Origin: Octopus vulgaris
Lineage: Eukaryota
Assembly: GCA_951406725.2 (NCBI GenBank)
Contig: OX597815.1
Span: 198,710,001 to 198,774,000, forward strand
Direction of reading: 5' to 3'
DNA length: 64,000 bases
Program-made: the position numbers and the translations under genes
Notes under the pieces: generated by a model
Seen by the model: only the letters and a program-made list of their open reading frames with translations
Told to the model about the DNA's origin: nothing
Databases searched by the model: none
Shown: positions 28,478 to 42,404 of the stretch, piece after piece
Layout: the number at the start of each line of letters is the position of its first letter
How positions within the stretch are numbered: the first letter of the stretch is position 1

Positions 28478-29795
28478 ATTCCTGTATTGGTTTAACTTTA
28501 ATATTTCTTACAGAAACTAACCCCACAAAATTTCGAAGCAGTTTTGTCGCATTCCTGTTATAGTTAATACTGACGCCGTTTGTCTATAGAAAAAACAACT
28601 AATTCACATTTGCCCACTCGTCCTACATATTACATACCAAGATCTGAATGCGTTTCACCCAAATGCCTAAATGCCATCTATTGCACTGGAAAAGGATTGC
28701 TGGTTTCTGGAGAAAACCTACAATTCAGTCCCGTTTTCCATTGCTTCTAGTCCTTAATTCGAATTATGGACCGAGAGCAGAGGCTGGTTAGAAAGAGTGT
28801 ATTTCAACATCTCTTTTGAACTGTAAATATTTATCCTACATACAATGACATAAATGGAGACACTTGCTTGATCATTCATGATCAAAGATATCTATCTATA
28901 TGTGATAAGATTTACGGACAATTTACCACAAGATCTGATACTTATTCTCGACAGCCATGTGAACTATATCAATGTAGAATAAAGTGTTCTTCCCACTCAC
29001 GCAACGAAACGTCTGCTGCAGATTTAGTCTCTCATGGACCATGAACTGATAATCAAATTCTTCAAACTCTTAACCATCCCACTTCTACGCTGTAAACTTT
29101 AACACGTTACAATCATACGGTAGAGATAAAAAGTGGTTATTCTCGGCTCTTGAGAGTAAATAAAAATAGATCAGTGTTTAGCTTTTGGTCTTTTCAGAAT
29201 CGCAGTCAAGCAGTTTGAATGAGAGTTGACCTATCAAATGAAGCATTAATTGTCCGTGTCCATAGCTGAAACATTTAATGTTGAGACATGACGTTTGGAG
29301 AAAAAAAATACATAGAATTATATACATATATATATACAGAATATACAGAATATACGTATGCATATATGTACGTATGTATTATGTATTATGTGTTTATGTA
29401 TGTATATATGTATATACTTTGTAGGCTAAGTGTAGCATTTTCTTTTAGATAGCATTGGGTTTAAGAATCGAATGAAAAGCTGTGATGAGAGCACTAGACA
29501 TATCCATTAATAATCGATAGAATCCTTGCAACATTACTAAATAGTATTTCTTTTCAATGAATATTAAATATATTCTTCCCATACATGTGTGTATATATGC
29601 GCTAATGTGTATGCGTGTGTGCCTCTTTGTGTATATATGTATAAATATGTGCGTGTATAGAGATAGGAAGGGTGAAACATAAAGTAATACATATAGGAGG
29701 ACAGACGGAAGAGGAAGAATGAATATATATATATAAATACACACATATGTATGTATATATATATGTATATATATATATATGTGTGTGTGTGTATG

Positions 29796-29829
<34 letters not shown>

Positions 29830-29843
29830 TGTATGTATGTATG

Positions 29844-29937
<94 letters not shown>

Positions 29938-30464
29938 TTGCATAGTTATGTGTGCACTTAATATAAATACAACCCGACTTTCACCTATGATCTTGCATTT
30001 ATTCCCTTTGGTTGCGTTTGAAAATTTTGAGTCAAAGCTAAATTTAGATTGCAAAGTATGTTTACCTTCTCTAGTTTTCTAACAAGGTCTTGGCTCGTAT
30101 CATCCTTGATGGAATCAAAACTAACATCCTCGGTGCTATTTCGCCACGAAACTAGTGTGGTAAAAGATTTTGAGCGACATTCCTTGACCCTAGCCTTAGG
30201 TTGAAGCTTGCTCTCAAAAGAAAAGAAAAACAGAATTTGCACACAGGACTTCTCCATATTTTTTTGTTGAATAACTTTGGATGTCCTTTGATTAATGCTT
30301 CTTTTTTTGCTCTACGAGGATGTTTCTCTTTGAACATTCCGTTCCAGGGAATACTATTCTTGTCTTCAAACACGCAATGCAAAAATATTTTGGCGTCGAT
30401 ATTTTATAATCTTTCTTGGATTTCAACATTTGACACTCTTTTTTCAGATTTTGTGTTGCATGTA

Positions 30465-30720
30465 GGAAAGTGCATCGCTTACTGGTTAGAGTTTAGCACA
30501 CACTATCGCAAGATCGAAGTTTCAATTCTTGGGCCAGCTGATACGTTGTGTTCTTCAGCAACACACATCATCTCACGTTGCTCTACGGTCTCATCTGACA
30601 TGTAGTACACCGTGTAAATGTTCAGACAAAGCCTGAGTTCATGGAGGGAGTGAGCTAATGTACAGCCCATATGTTTAATCACTATAAACCCAAACATTGG
30701 TGCAGGTTGCTCTGCAAGAA
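30465..30720 (+). mobile_element. Old degenerate tRNA/CORE-like SINE
   Basis: GCTTACTGGTTAG...GTTTCAATTC head, then TTGTGTTCTTCAGCAACACAC, similar to the CORE-like segment of 35137-35458. Confidence 0.5.
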
Positions 30721-30780
30721 ATTATAGAAACGTCTTCCTTGGACATCAAGCCAGGCACCATCCCACAATCTTTTGCATAT

Positions 30781-31176
30781 ACTCTTTTACTCTTTTACTC
30801 TTTTATTTGTTTCAGTCATTTGACTGCAGCCATGCTGGAGCACTGCCTTTAATCGAGCAACTCGACCCCAGGACTTATTCTTTTGTAAGCCCAGTACTTA
30901 TTCTATCGGTCTCTTTTGCCGAACCGCTAATTAACGGGGACATAAACACACCAGCATCGGTTGTCAAGTGATGTTGGGGGGACAAACACAGACACACAAA
31001 CACACACACGCATATATATATATATATACGACGGGCTTCTTTCAGTTTCCGTCTACCAAATCCACTTACAAGGCTTTGGTCGACCCGAGGCTATAGTAGA
31101 AGACACTTGCCCAAGGTGCCACGCAATGGGACTGAACCCGGAACCATGTGGTTGGTAAACAAGCAATTTACCACAC
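30781..31176 (-). mobile_element. SINE family A
   Basis: Tail (AAAAGAGT)n through head on the minus strand. Confidence 0.88.
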
Positions 31177-31202
31177 TAATACTTAATACTACATAGCCCC
31201 AA

Positions 31203-31420
31203 GGCGGCAAGCTGACAAAAACGTTATTTAGCTGTACGAAATGCTTAGCAGCATTTCGTCTGTCGCTACGTTCTGAGTTCAAATTTTGCCGAGGTCGACT
31301 TTGCCTTCCAGCCTTTCAGGGTCGATAAACTGAGTACCAGTGAAACACTGGGGTCGTTGTAATCGACTATTTCCCTTCCCCCAAATTTCAGGCCTTGTAC
31401 CTATTCTAGAAAGGATTATT
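31203..31420 (+). mobile_element. SINE family B (variant tail)
   Basis: GGCGGCAAGCTG...GAGTTCAAATTTTGCCGAGGTCGACTTTGCC; tail CCAAATTTCAGGCCTTG as at ~43790 and ~51790. Confidence 0.82.
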
Positions 31421-31583
31421 GCATAGCACCTGGTCATCATTGATCGAACAGACATAAATCATTTTAGGCATGACTAAACTGTACGTTGTTCTATATTTAA
31501 GAGATGAGGAATTATGTACATTATTTACATCATTTACATTAGTTACATTTGACGGATATTTGTCCTCATCTTGTTTGTTGTTA

Positions 31584-31627
31584 ACACAACGTTTCGGCTG
31601 ATATACCCTCCAGCCTTCATCAGGTAT
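31584..31627 (-). ncRNA. Minimal type-I hammerhead ribozyme
   Basis: AUAC-CUGAUGA-A-GGCUG..CAGCC-GAAACGUU-GUGU; core intact. Confidence 0.82.
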
Positions 31628-31838
31628 CTTGGAGAAATTTCGAACCTGGGTTCTCAATCCTAAGGTATTTTTCGATGCTATTATTATTATTATTATTATT
31701 GTTTTTTTGTTTTGTTTTTTAATTATTATTATTTAGGTCACTGCTTGGAATCGTACTTGGAATCTTGGGATTAGTAGCCCGCGCTTTTAACCACTATGCT
31801 ATATTAGGAATGAGAACCCAGGTTCGAAATTTCCCCAG

Positions 31839-31882
31839 ACACCTGATGAAGGCTGGAGGGTATATCAGCCGAAGCGTTGTGT
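31839..31882 (+). ncRNA. Hammerhead motif with core mutation (GAAG instead of GAAA)
   Basis: ACAC-CUGAUGA-A-GGCUG..CAGCC-GAAGCGUU-GUGU. Confidence 0.65.
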
Positions 31883-32256
31883 TAACAAAAAAAAACAAGA
31901 TGAGGACAAATATCCCTCAAATATAAATAATGTAAATAATGTTATCTGTATGTTAGCCAAGAGTTGCCTCTAAGACGACGTTACACACTGCAGTCTACAT
32001 TGTAAAAGACAGTTACATTTGATGAGAGAAGGATTAGATTCTTATTTCTGGCAAGCAGAGAAGCCACGTGAGAGCTTGTTCGCAATTAATGGGAAATGTT
32101 TGGCAGGTTATTAACGTTCTTAATGTACATCTAAAGAGAACGGTCTATGAGAATGAACTTCCGATGTAGTAAATAATAACTATCCTAATAAATCATAGTT
32201 GATGTATATATAAACATATAATGATGAAACACATACGCAAACACATACTCACACTG

Positions 32257-32295
<39 letters not shown>

Positions 32296-32319
32296 TACAC
32301 ACACACATATGCACATATA

Positions 32320-32565
<246 letters not shown>

Positions 32566-32591
32566 GTATGTATATATATATGTATATATAT

Positions 32592-32811
32592 ATTGTTGTA
32601 TTTGGGGACGGTCATGTTGCCAGTTTAGCCAATAAAACACACGCACTATATATTTGGTGTTAATTCGGTTCAGCTTTATTTTATTTTTTACATTAATCGT
32701 ATTTCAGCCAGAGTTCTTTCATCACACTTCTGTGACCTTATCAGTGGTCCTTTGCTTTCTCCTCTCTTATTTGTGTGTCTTTCCTTACTACCGATCAACC
32801 ATTTTGCATTT

Positions 32812-32812
<1 letters not shown>
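32592..32812 (-). mobile_element. Short repeat with hammerhead-like motif at 32708-32747; tail copy at ~44270-44423
   Basis: CCA-CUGAUAA-G-GUCAC-agaagu-GUGAU-GAAAGAACU-C-UGG; tail GGTCAT.TTGCCAGTTTAGCCAATAAAA.CACACGCACTATATATTTGGTG shared with 44317-44367. Confidence 0.6.
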
Positions 32813-32861
<49 letters not shown>

Positions 32862-33007
32862 TCAAGTAGAGGTTTTTTGATAGCTTCATAAAGGTATTTT
32901 ATCAGCCAAAGACATACTGGTTCAATACCTAATATTTGCGTCGGAGGAGGTTCATATCCTCAACATAATAGATTTATATATAAACCATGGTTTATAGTCA
33001 CATAAAC

Positions 33008-33162
33008 GAAGAATAAGAAAATGGAGATATTGAAGTTAATAAGAGTTTATTATCAGCCAAAAATTGATCATTATCACTAACGGCTGTTTCAGTTAAGCAC
33101 AGGGAAATTAGTAGATAACTATCGATCATATTAACTTCAATATATCCATTTTCATATCCTTC
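33008..33162. repeat. Inverted repeat (~35-bp arms) enclosing a half-hammerhead GAAACAGCCGUU (-)
   Basis: GAAGAATAAGAAAATGGAGATATTGAAGTTAATA / TATTAACTTCAATATATCCATTTTCATATCCTTC. Confidence 0.55.
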
Positions 33163-33190
33163 ATTTACATATATATGTGTATACATACAT

Positions 33191-33240
<50 letters not shown>

Positions 33241-33244
<4 letters not shown>

Positions 33245-34820
33245 TTAGATAAAACTTAGATATGTTTCGACCAGAGATTGGTCCAGGCCATGTCTAACTT
33301 AATAGCACCACCTGATAGGATTATTCGAATCCTGTTTAAGTCAAGTTTTGTTCAAGTATTGAGTTCTTGTTGGGTGAGTTGTATCCAGTTTAGTTCAAGT
33401 AGTGAGTTCTTGTTGGGTGAGTTGTATCCAATTATGGGTGGCTTATATGGTATTCTTTGAAGGAATCTATCCAGACTCTGTTTGAAGTTGATGGGATCCT
33501 TTTCCTCTTTGATCTCCCTCGGGACAATGTTAAATAGGGCAGGGCCTGTTGAGGAAAAGAAATTATGTTGCAGTGTACATGTATGTTGTGATCTTGAATT
33601 TGGCAGGGGACGTATAGCCCGTGGTCCAAGTCTCGGATGAACCTTGAAGCTAATGTTTAGGTCGTTTGGGCAAAGTTGGCGGTATATTTTCCACATCGTA
33701 CAAATGATGTACCGCTCACGGCGACGCTGGAGGGAGTAAAGTTTCAAGGCTTTAAGGCGATCCCAATAGTCGAGAGCAGCCATGCCTTCAATTTGTTTAG
33801 TGAGAGCCCTCTGGGGTGACTCAATTCTAGAGATGTTTTGTCTTGTGTGAGGAGACCACAGTGGGCAGCAGTATTCAAGGTGTGGCCGTACAAAGGATGA
33901 AAAAAGTGGTATGATGATACCTTGTTCTCTGTTCTTAAGATCCAGGAACTCATCCTACGAGCTGTATCGACCTTCTTGTTGATGTGTGCACTCCAACTGA
34001 GATCGTCATCAACAATTACACCCAGGTCTCTGATATTGTTAGAGGCTGTGAGCGGTTCCCCTGAAGGAAGAGAGTATGGTTGTTTTAGTGAGGAATTTCT
34101 TCCAAAATGCATCAGCTCAAATTTTCCCTCATTCAGTTGCATTTTGTTTCTGTCTGCCCATTGACTCACAGCATATAGGTCAGACTGGAGTTGAGTTCGG
34201 TCTGCTTCTTCATTGACGATTTGCTGGAGCTTAGTGTCATCAGCGAATATTTTCACTTTGCAGTGATGTACGACACTGGAAAGGTCGTTTACATAAATTA
34301 TGAAGAGTAGCGGACCCAAAACAGTTCCCTGGGGAACACCGCTGGTGACTTTTGCTGGGTTTGAGTGGACTCCATCAACTACAACATGTTGTGTTCTATT
34401 CGCTAGGAAATACTGAATCCAGTGTAGAACTTTTCCACGGATTCCAACATTTGCCAATTTTGAGAGTAGGATGTTATGGTCTACCCTGTCGAACGCTTTA
34501 CTGAAGTCAAGATATATGACGTCAGAGTTTGAACCTGTTCCCAAGGCTTTGAGTACATCTTCAATGTGGTGTAAGAGCTGTGTTAGACAGTCCCTGCCAC
34601 AGCGAAAGCCATGCTGATTTGAATTTAGGAGTTTGTGGGTCTCCAGGAAGTCAGCTATCCTTGATCTTAACACTCTTTCAAACACATTAATGATGTGGGA
34701 GGTGAGTGAGATTGGGCGATAGTTGACTGCGAGGGATCTGCTTCCCTGTTTGAAAACCGGGATGACCGACTGGGATAGAAACTTTTTCGGTGTATAACCT
34801 GCGTCTAACGAGTTTCTCCA
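33241..34820 (-). mobile_element. 5'-truncated CR1-like LINE (RT domain + C-terminus + 3' UTR), one frameshift near 33930
   Basis: NYRPISLTSH..FERVL..QHGFR..YLDFSKAFDRVDH..SGVPQGTVLGPLLFIIYVNDL..FADDTKL; after the shift VRPHLEYCCPLWSP..DYWDRLKALKLYSLQRRRER; tail (TATCTAAGTTT)x2 abutting (TA)n. Confidence 0.93.
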
Positions 34821-34945
34821 GGATAAGGATAAGATCGTTAATTTAAGATCGTTAATATAAGGATAAGATCGTTAATTTAAATATCGAGCTTATCAAGTGG
34901 TCAGCATAGGAATAAAAATCCCTTAAGCTAACAATTATTATTAAA

Positions 34946-35100
34946 ATTATAATTTAGGTTATCTAAGAGATACCTCCACGCTGGAAATAGCAGCCAAAAA
35001 CTTGACTCTAAGGCAACATTAAATGTTCAATAATGTGGTTTTAGAATCAAGGTTTGGCTGGTATTTCCATCGTGGAGGTATCTCTTAGATACCCTAAATC

Positions 35101-35105
<5 letters not shown>
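34946..35105. mobile_element. MITE-like near-perfect palindrome
   Basis: ATTATAATTTAGGTTATCTAAGAGATACCTCCACG.TGGAAATA.CAGCCAAA / TTTGGCTGGTATTTCCATCGTGGAGGTATCTCTTAGATACCCTAAATCATAAT. Confidence 0.75.
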
Positions 35106-35136
<31 letters not shown>

Positions 35137-35141
<5 letters not shown>

Positions 35142-35458
35142 CTCCGCCGGTTACGACGACGAAGGTCCCGGCTGATACGATCAACGGAACAGCTTGCTCG
35201 TGAAATTAACGTGCAAATGGCTGAGCATTCCACAGACACGTGTACCCTTAACGTAGTTCTCGGGGATAATCAGCGTGACACAGAGAGTGACAAGGCTGAC
35301 CCTTTGAAATACAAGTACAACTCATTTTTGCCAGCTGAGTGGACTGGAGCAACGGGAAATAAAGTGTCTTGCTCAAGGACACAACGCGTCGCCGGGAATC
35401 GAACTCACAACCTTACGATCATGAGCCGAATGCCCTAACCACTAAGCCACGCGCCCTC
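35137..35458 (-). mobile_element. tRNA-derived CORE-like SINE family D (probably OR2-type)
   Basis: Head GAGGGCGCGTGGCTTAGTGGTTAGGG..GAGTTCGATTCCC, CORE-like TGTGTCCTTGAGCAAGACACTTTA; 3' half shared with family C. Confidence 0.88.
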
Positions 35459-35485
35459 ACATATATATATATATATGTATATATA

Positions 35486-35883
35486 GGCGCAGGAGTGGCT
35501 GTGTGGTAAGTAGTTTGCTAACCAACCACATGGTTCCGGGTTCAGTCCCACTGCGTGGCATCTTGGGCAAGTGACTTCTGCTATAGCCCCGGACCGACCA
35601 ATGGCTTGTGAGAGGATTTGGTAGACTGGAACTGAAAGAAGCCTGTCGTATATATGTATATATATATATGTATGTGTGTGTGTATGTGTTTGTGTCTCTG
35701 TGTTTGTCCCCCTAGCATTGCTTGACAAAGGATGCTTGTGTGTTTATGTCCCTGTCATTTAGCGGATCGGCAAAAGAGACCGATAGAATAAGTACTGGGC
35801 TTACAAAGAATAAGTCCCGGGGTCGATTTGCTCGACTAAAAGGCGATGCTCCAGTATGGCCGCAGTCAAATGACTGAAACAAG

Positions 35884-35887
<4 letters not shown>
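35486..35887 (+). mobile_element. SINE family A, full length
   Basis: GGCGCAGGAGTGGCTGTGTGGTAAG...GAAACAAGTAAA. Confidence 0.9.
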
Positions 35888-35923
<36 letters not shown>

Positions 35924-37303
35924 TACACAAGCACACACATTTACATATATATTTGTGCGTAAGTGTATTTGTATCTATACTTTTGTATATATACATATCT
36001 TTGTATCTATACTTTTGCTGATACGATGTGCTCCTTTATCGGGTTGACGGTCTTCGGGGTAATCCTATTAGTCAGCTAATAAGACTTCCATCTAAACTGA
36101 ACACATGAGATACTGTCTGCGCAGAGATAATGTTTGTTTCTAACAAGAAAACCAGAAGATTTGCTCTATTTTAGAAGCCCACAAAAGTCCAAGTCTCTTT
36201 TGTTTTATACTCTCAAAAAATCTTCAGTGAGAATTTAGAATTTACTCTACAAGTTCTTATCACGTTTCAGTTTATGATTATATCATTTTAGCATTGATAC
36301 GACCGCAGTGTTCATCCAAACTGTAGGTTTCTTCGGTTTGCAGTGAAGCTCTACTATATTTAACCTCATCCCGAAGGCCACGTTTCTAGCCACATGTTTG
36401 CTGGAGACTAGAGGCAGAATATGAACATAGAACGTAAAAACCTGACCAAGTGAGCAAGACCTCGCATATGATGCTTTAATAATTTTTGCAGTTCACTGCA
36501 CTGAAATATTCCTGTGTTTATCAACACAGAAAGAATGAATAATAAACCTTACCTCAATCGGAATCGAACTCAAATCGCGGAAAGGCCGAACAAATAGCGC
36601 ATGAAGTTTTGTCCAACATTCTAACGATTTCTATTTCGTAGTATGATTATAGATAGTAAAGAAAATGATCTAATTATTTCTGTTTCTCTCCTGCTTCGAA
36701 GTGTTATGGCTCCCTCAGCAAAAGAGTGCAAAACTTTTGGTTCACTAACACGCTTTTTATTTCTATTTTCTACCTGGTATGAAACTACTACAAAAGTAGT
36801 AGTCGCCCTCCCAAGTCTTCGCTGTATCCCACTAAAGACAATTTTCAAAATCATTCATTGCTAGATTGATATATTTATCAATTCCATTCTCACCTGCAAT
36901 TTGCTTGCAGGCATCGGTGTAATGATCAAAGTGAATATCAAACGCTTATGTATCTTACTAACCAATCTACAAAGCAGTAAAACTGAGCATTATGACGAAG
37001 TGAAAAAAATACAGCCTAAGTATAGACACAAGCACAAACACACGCTTACACACGTACATATATATTATGTATGTACGTATGTGTGTATGTGTATACGTAC
37101 TTACGTGCGCACACGCGCAAGCACACACATATACACACACTTAAACGTATTTCTTAACTTTCTGTTAATTGAAAACATTAAAAAGGTATAAAAATATTCA
37201 GTCATTGGGTTCTCTCTCTACTGATTGTTCACCGAAATATCTCTCTCTCTCTCTCTATCAATCTATCTATCTCTGTCTCTCTATATATAATGATAGTTGT
37301 GTG

Positions 37304-37368
<65 letters not shown>

Positions 37369-37639
37369 TTATAATTGTGCGTGCGTTCAGATGTGTATCT
37401 GAAAGGAAGAAAAATAACAAAAATTAAGATGAGGATGACGATGAGAAGTAGGAGGAAGATTAGAATGGTAATTAGAGAGGTTGTGGTGGTGGTAGTGGTG
37501 TTGGTGGCCACGGTAATAATTCTCTTTTCATTTTAGCACAAGGCCAGCAATTTTGAGAGACGGTTAAATCTGTTACATCGAACCCAGTACATGACGGGTA
37601 CTTTATTTTATCAAACCAGGGTAACATTGAAAGAGAAAA

Positions 37640-38780
37640 GATGAATGAATACAAGATGTAAGAAATGTACAGGAAAGATTATTTGAGGAGAATTAGGCTT
37701 CTGCTCCAATCGAAGCTAAATGGCCGCTATAAGGTTAGAGCAATTAACACGTAGGCTGTTGCTTTGTATGTAAAGAGGAAAGAAGAAGGACGGGGATTAG
37801 TGTGTTATGAAGGTTGTGTAAGGGAAGAGGAGAATAGCCTGGCTTGGTTTGTCAAGGGGAGAAAAGAAGAAATGATTGAAGCAGTGAAAATGCAGGGAAC
37901 CTTAAAAGTGAACGAAACCGTAGATCCAACACAATTTAAGAAATACCAGAGAGAGCAGATGAAGAAAATTTGGCTGGACAAGAAAATGCAAAGTCAGTTC
38001 TTGAAGAATAAAGATGAGATTGATTGGAAGAGAATCTGGCAATGGCTGCAGAAAGGAAATTTAAAAGAGCCCACTGAGGCATTAGTGTGCAGCGCTCAAG
38101 AACAATCTCTCAGAACGAACTACTCCAAATATTACATTGATAAAATCCTTGACTCACCAGAGTGTAGGATGTGCTCTGAGATGTGAGAAAGTATAAGCCG
38201 TATTGTCAGTGAATGCTGTCAGCTCGCACAACGCGAATACAAAAGGAAACATGACAATGTGGCCAGATATCTCCACTGGCTGTTGTGTGGTAAAGCAAAC
38301 TTTGAGAGAGTCGAACAATGGTATGTACATAAGCCAGAGGGAGTAGTGGAAAACGAACATCACAAAATACTCTGGGATTTTAACATGCAGTGCGACCAAT
38401 TCATAGAGGCGAGACGATCAGATATCGTGCTCATTCATAAAGATCAAATAGAAATGAAGATAGTAGGATGAAATGTAAAGTAAGATTGAGAAATAATAGC
38501 CACTGCGGGACGACATAGGAAAGTTATGGGGCACGAAGAAAATAATGGTGATACCGTTGGATATTGGAGCATTACGAGCAGTTTCCAAGGTCTTTCAAAG
38601 CAATATTAGGCTCGAGGCAATACAGAAGACAGCATTATTGGGAACAGCTCGCATTCTAAGGAGAGTATTATCTCTTTGAGTCGCAGGAGAAAGCACCACT
38701 TGGAACTTTTGGTGATTTGCTGTTGCCTGCTTTTAAATAAAGATTAACCGGTAATTAAAAACTATCCGTGAATCTTTCAT
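37640..38780 (+). mobile_element. R4/Dong-type LINE 3' remnant (post-RT, Zn-knuckle, RLE, 3' UTR)
   Basis: YVKRKEEGRGL, AQEQSLRTNY, CRMC, KHDNVARYLHW, KILWDFNMQCDQFIEARRSDIVLI, LLGTARILRRVL*. Confidence 0.88.
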
Positions 38781-38803
38781 TATAGACAAAATGAAAAAAA
38801 TAC

Positions 38804-38857
<54 letters not shown>

Positions 38858-38883
38858 CATCATCATCATCATTATTATTATTG

Positions 38884-38944
<61 letters not shown>

Positions 38945-38948
38945 CATT

Positions 38949-39004
<56 letters not shown>

Positions 39005-39054
39005 TGATGATGATGATGATGATGATGATAATAATAATAATGATGATGATGATG

Positions 39055-39146
<92 letters not shown>

Positions 39147-39168
39147 AATAATAATAATGATGATGATG

Positions 39169-39225
<57 letters not shown>

Positions 39226-39767
39226 TATCAGGGTGACTAAGTATAGGACAATGAGGGACATTTGAACTATAGGCACCATGCACCCAATAGGTTTCCACCC
39301 TTACCGTCTGCCCAATTGCACTCACAAGTCATGGGTCCACCTGAGGCTATAGTAAAATACACTTGACCGAAACTCTACGAAGAGTTATCGAACATGGATC
39401 TTCTGACTGGAGAAGTTGAAATCGATGGTTTAAGGAATGACAAGATAAATCCAGATACCTAATATGAATTATAAGGAATCGACTGGGAGAGATATTCATG
39501 TTGGTATGATCGCCTAAAGCCTTTTTGGGCAATACTACAACATGACAGGAGATTAGCTATAGAGACCAGTAAAATCAAGAGATGTGTGTGCGCACGCTTA
39601 GGTGAGTGTGTGTAGGTATATATGCCTCTCTGTGTGTATGTGTGTGTGTGTCTGTGTGAGTGAGTGTGTAAATAGATTCAGAGACATGTAGTGATCTATA
39701 ATTACACATACGTTCCTGCCCCACCCACATATATATATAGGTCTACACACACACACACACACTTATA

Positions 39768-39808
<41 letters not shown>

Positions 39809-39867
39809 GTATGTATGTATGCATGTATGTATGTGAGTGTATATTTATTTATATGTATATATATATG

Positions 39868-39935
<68 letters not shown>

Positions 39936-40114
39936 CATACATAGACACTACGTACATATGTACACATATATATATTGAGAGTTACACACACACAAACACA
40001 TATATGATATTCTATATAATATATATGTATACAATATGCACACATATATAAATACTTATATACATACATGTATACACACACGCACACATACATATATACA
40101 TATATATATGTGAT

Positions 40115-40223
<109 letters not shown>

Positions 40224-40720
40224 GAACACACACCAACACACACACACGTGCACACACCACGGGGGAGAATTAAAGAAAATGATAGACAGAAAGTGAGAGA
40301 GAAATTAAGAGAGATACTTGGATGGACTGACGACTGGAAGTTTGTATGGATACCTAGACAGATCGACTGATATTGTAATATTAAGGAAGTTCTACTCAGA
40401 GAAGTAGTTGAGAAAGTAAGAACTGAACATCGTAATAAACAACAATATTCCCTGAAGACAGTCTTGAATAAATAAGCAATTAAGGCGATGAGATACTTTA
40501 GTCAACAACCTCGTTACGGAAAGTAACGACCATTATTTCCCTTCATATATATTTTTTATGATTCTGTCTGTCGAACTGTCGATACTTGTAGCTGTCTCTG
40601 TCAGAAAAAGAAAAAAGAAGAAAAACCTATAGCCTATATTGTCGGTATAAGCGTATATGTGTTTATTATTTGAGCGTGTGTATGTGTATCTATATCTACG
40701 TGAGTGTGAGTTCGTTCGTG

Positions 40721-40751
<31 letters not shown>

Positions 40752-40995
40752 GAGTGTGTGTGTGTATGCATGTATGTATGAAAGTATATATATAATATAT
40801 ATTTATTTATTTATGTGTGTGTATGTATGTATGCATGTATATATATATATATATATACACAGACACACATATATATGTACATATATAATTTTCCATATAT
40901 ATGCATATATATACAAATAGCACATATATATATATGCATATATATATATATATATATACACACACATATTTATTTCTATATATATATGTATATGA

Positions 40996-41033
<38 letters not shown>

Positions 41034-41829
41034 TTATGTATGCATGTATACATGTATATATGTATCGTATATATGTATATATTATAACTATCTATCTATA
41101 TATCTATATGAATACACTTATATATAATATACATATATATACATTTATGTATATATATGTGTTCACCTGTTTTGTGTACGCGTTTCTGTGTGTCTCTCTC
41201 ATTCTCATAAGTTGATTACCGTTCCAGAAGATAGAAAGACTAATGACATTTTCAATTCTTAATTTTAAAAGAGAAAAATATGTCCACGTGATTGGCAGGA
41301 CTGGAAAAGCACTACTTACAATATCCACAGTTTAGTTCAGTCGGTCAGCATATATTCAGTATTTAGATTAGTCTGTGTATCTTCTAAGTACAATATATTC
41401 TGGTGTCAACTTTAAATGTTATTTATCACAGCTAAGTAAATGCGTACTAATGAAGGGACACGATATCGTTATTTCTCTGTCTTTTTCCTTGTACGAAAAA
41501 ATTTTCATAAAGTATGTACGTGTATGAATGTTATCTACGTATGCTTGTTAGAATTATTGTATTCATTTGAATATAAATATATGTGTGTATATATATCTAA
41601 GCTATCGATCTGTCTATGTCTATTTGCACACACATACACACGCACACACACACACACACATACACACACACACATAGTTGAAATTTACAGAAAAGCAAAA
41701 GACAAAGACAGGTGTATAAATTACAAGCAGGTGCATTAGTTTGACGATATATATATATGTGTGTGTATATATATGTATGTATGTATATATGTGTATATAT
41801 ATGTGCATAAATATATGTGTGTGTATATA

Positions 41830-41882
<53 letters not shown>

Positions 41883-41899
41883 ATATGTATATACGTGTG

Positions 41900-42030
<131 letters not shown>

Positions 42031-42364
42031 GGTATATTTATATATATAAACAGGGCGAAGGCGTGTCTGTGTGGTATGAAGGTTGCTTTCCAACAACAGG
42101 GTTCCGAGTTCAGTCCCTCTGAGCGGCACCGTATGTATATTTTCGTTTATTCTTTACTTATTTCAGTGATTTGACTGCGGTCATACTGGAGCACAACTTT
42201 GAACATTTTAATCACGTCCCTCGACCATAGTACTTAATTTCAAGCCTGGTACTTATTCTATCGATCATTTTTACCGAAACGGTTAGCTATGGGAGGCAAA
42301 CACACCAACACCGGTTGTCAAGCGGTTATGGGGGAGACAAACACAGATACACAGATACATAGAT

Positions 42365-42395
<31 letters not shown>

Positions 42396-42404
42396 GATAT
42401 ATAT

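Larger units (their letters stand above)
31488..31942 (-). mobile_element. tRNA-headed hammerhead element, copy 2 (minus unit 31488-31803 + inverted 3' part 31804-31942)
   Basis: Head TAGCATAGTGGTTAAAAGCGCGGGCTACTAATCCC..GTACGATTCC; HHRs at 31584-31627 (-) and 31839-31882 (+); possible TSD CTGTA(C/T)GTT at 31479-31487 and 31946-31954. Confidence 0.85.

Noticed and set aside
29960-30460. Overlapping non-repetitive ORFs on minus
   Set aside because: Short, frame-inconsistent, no recognisable domain.
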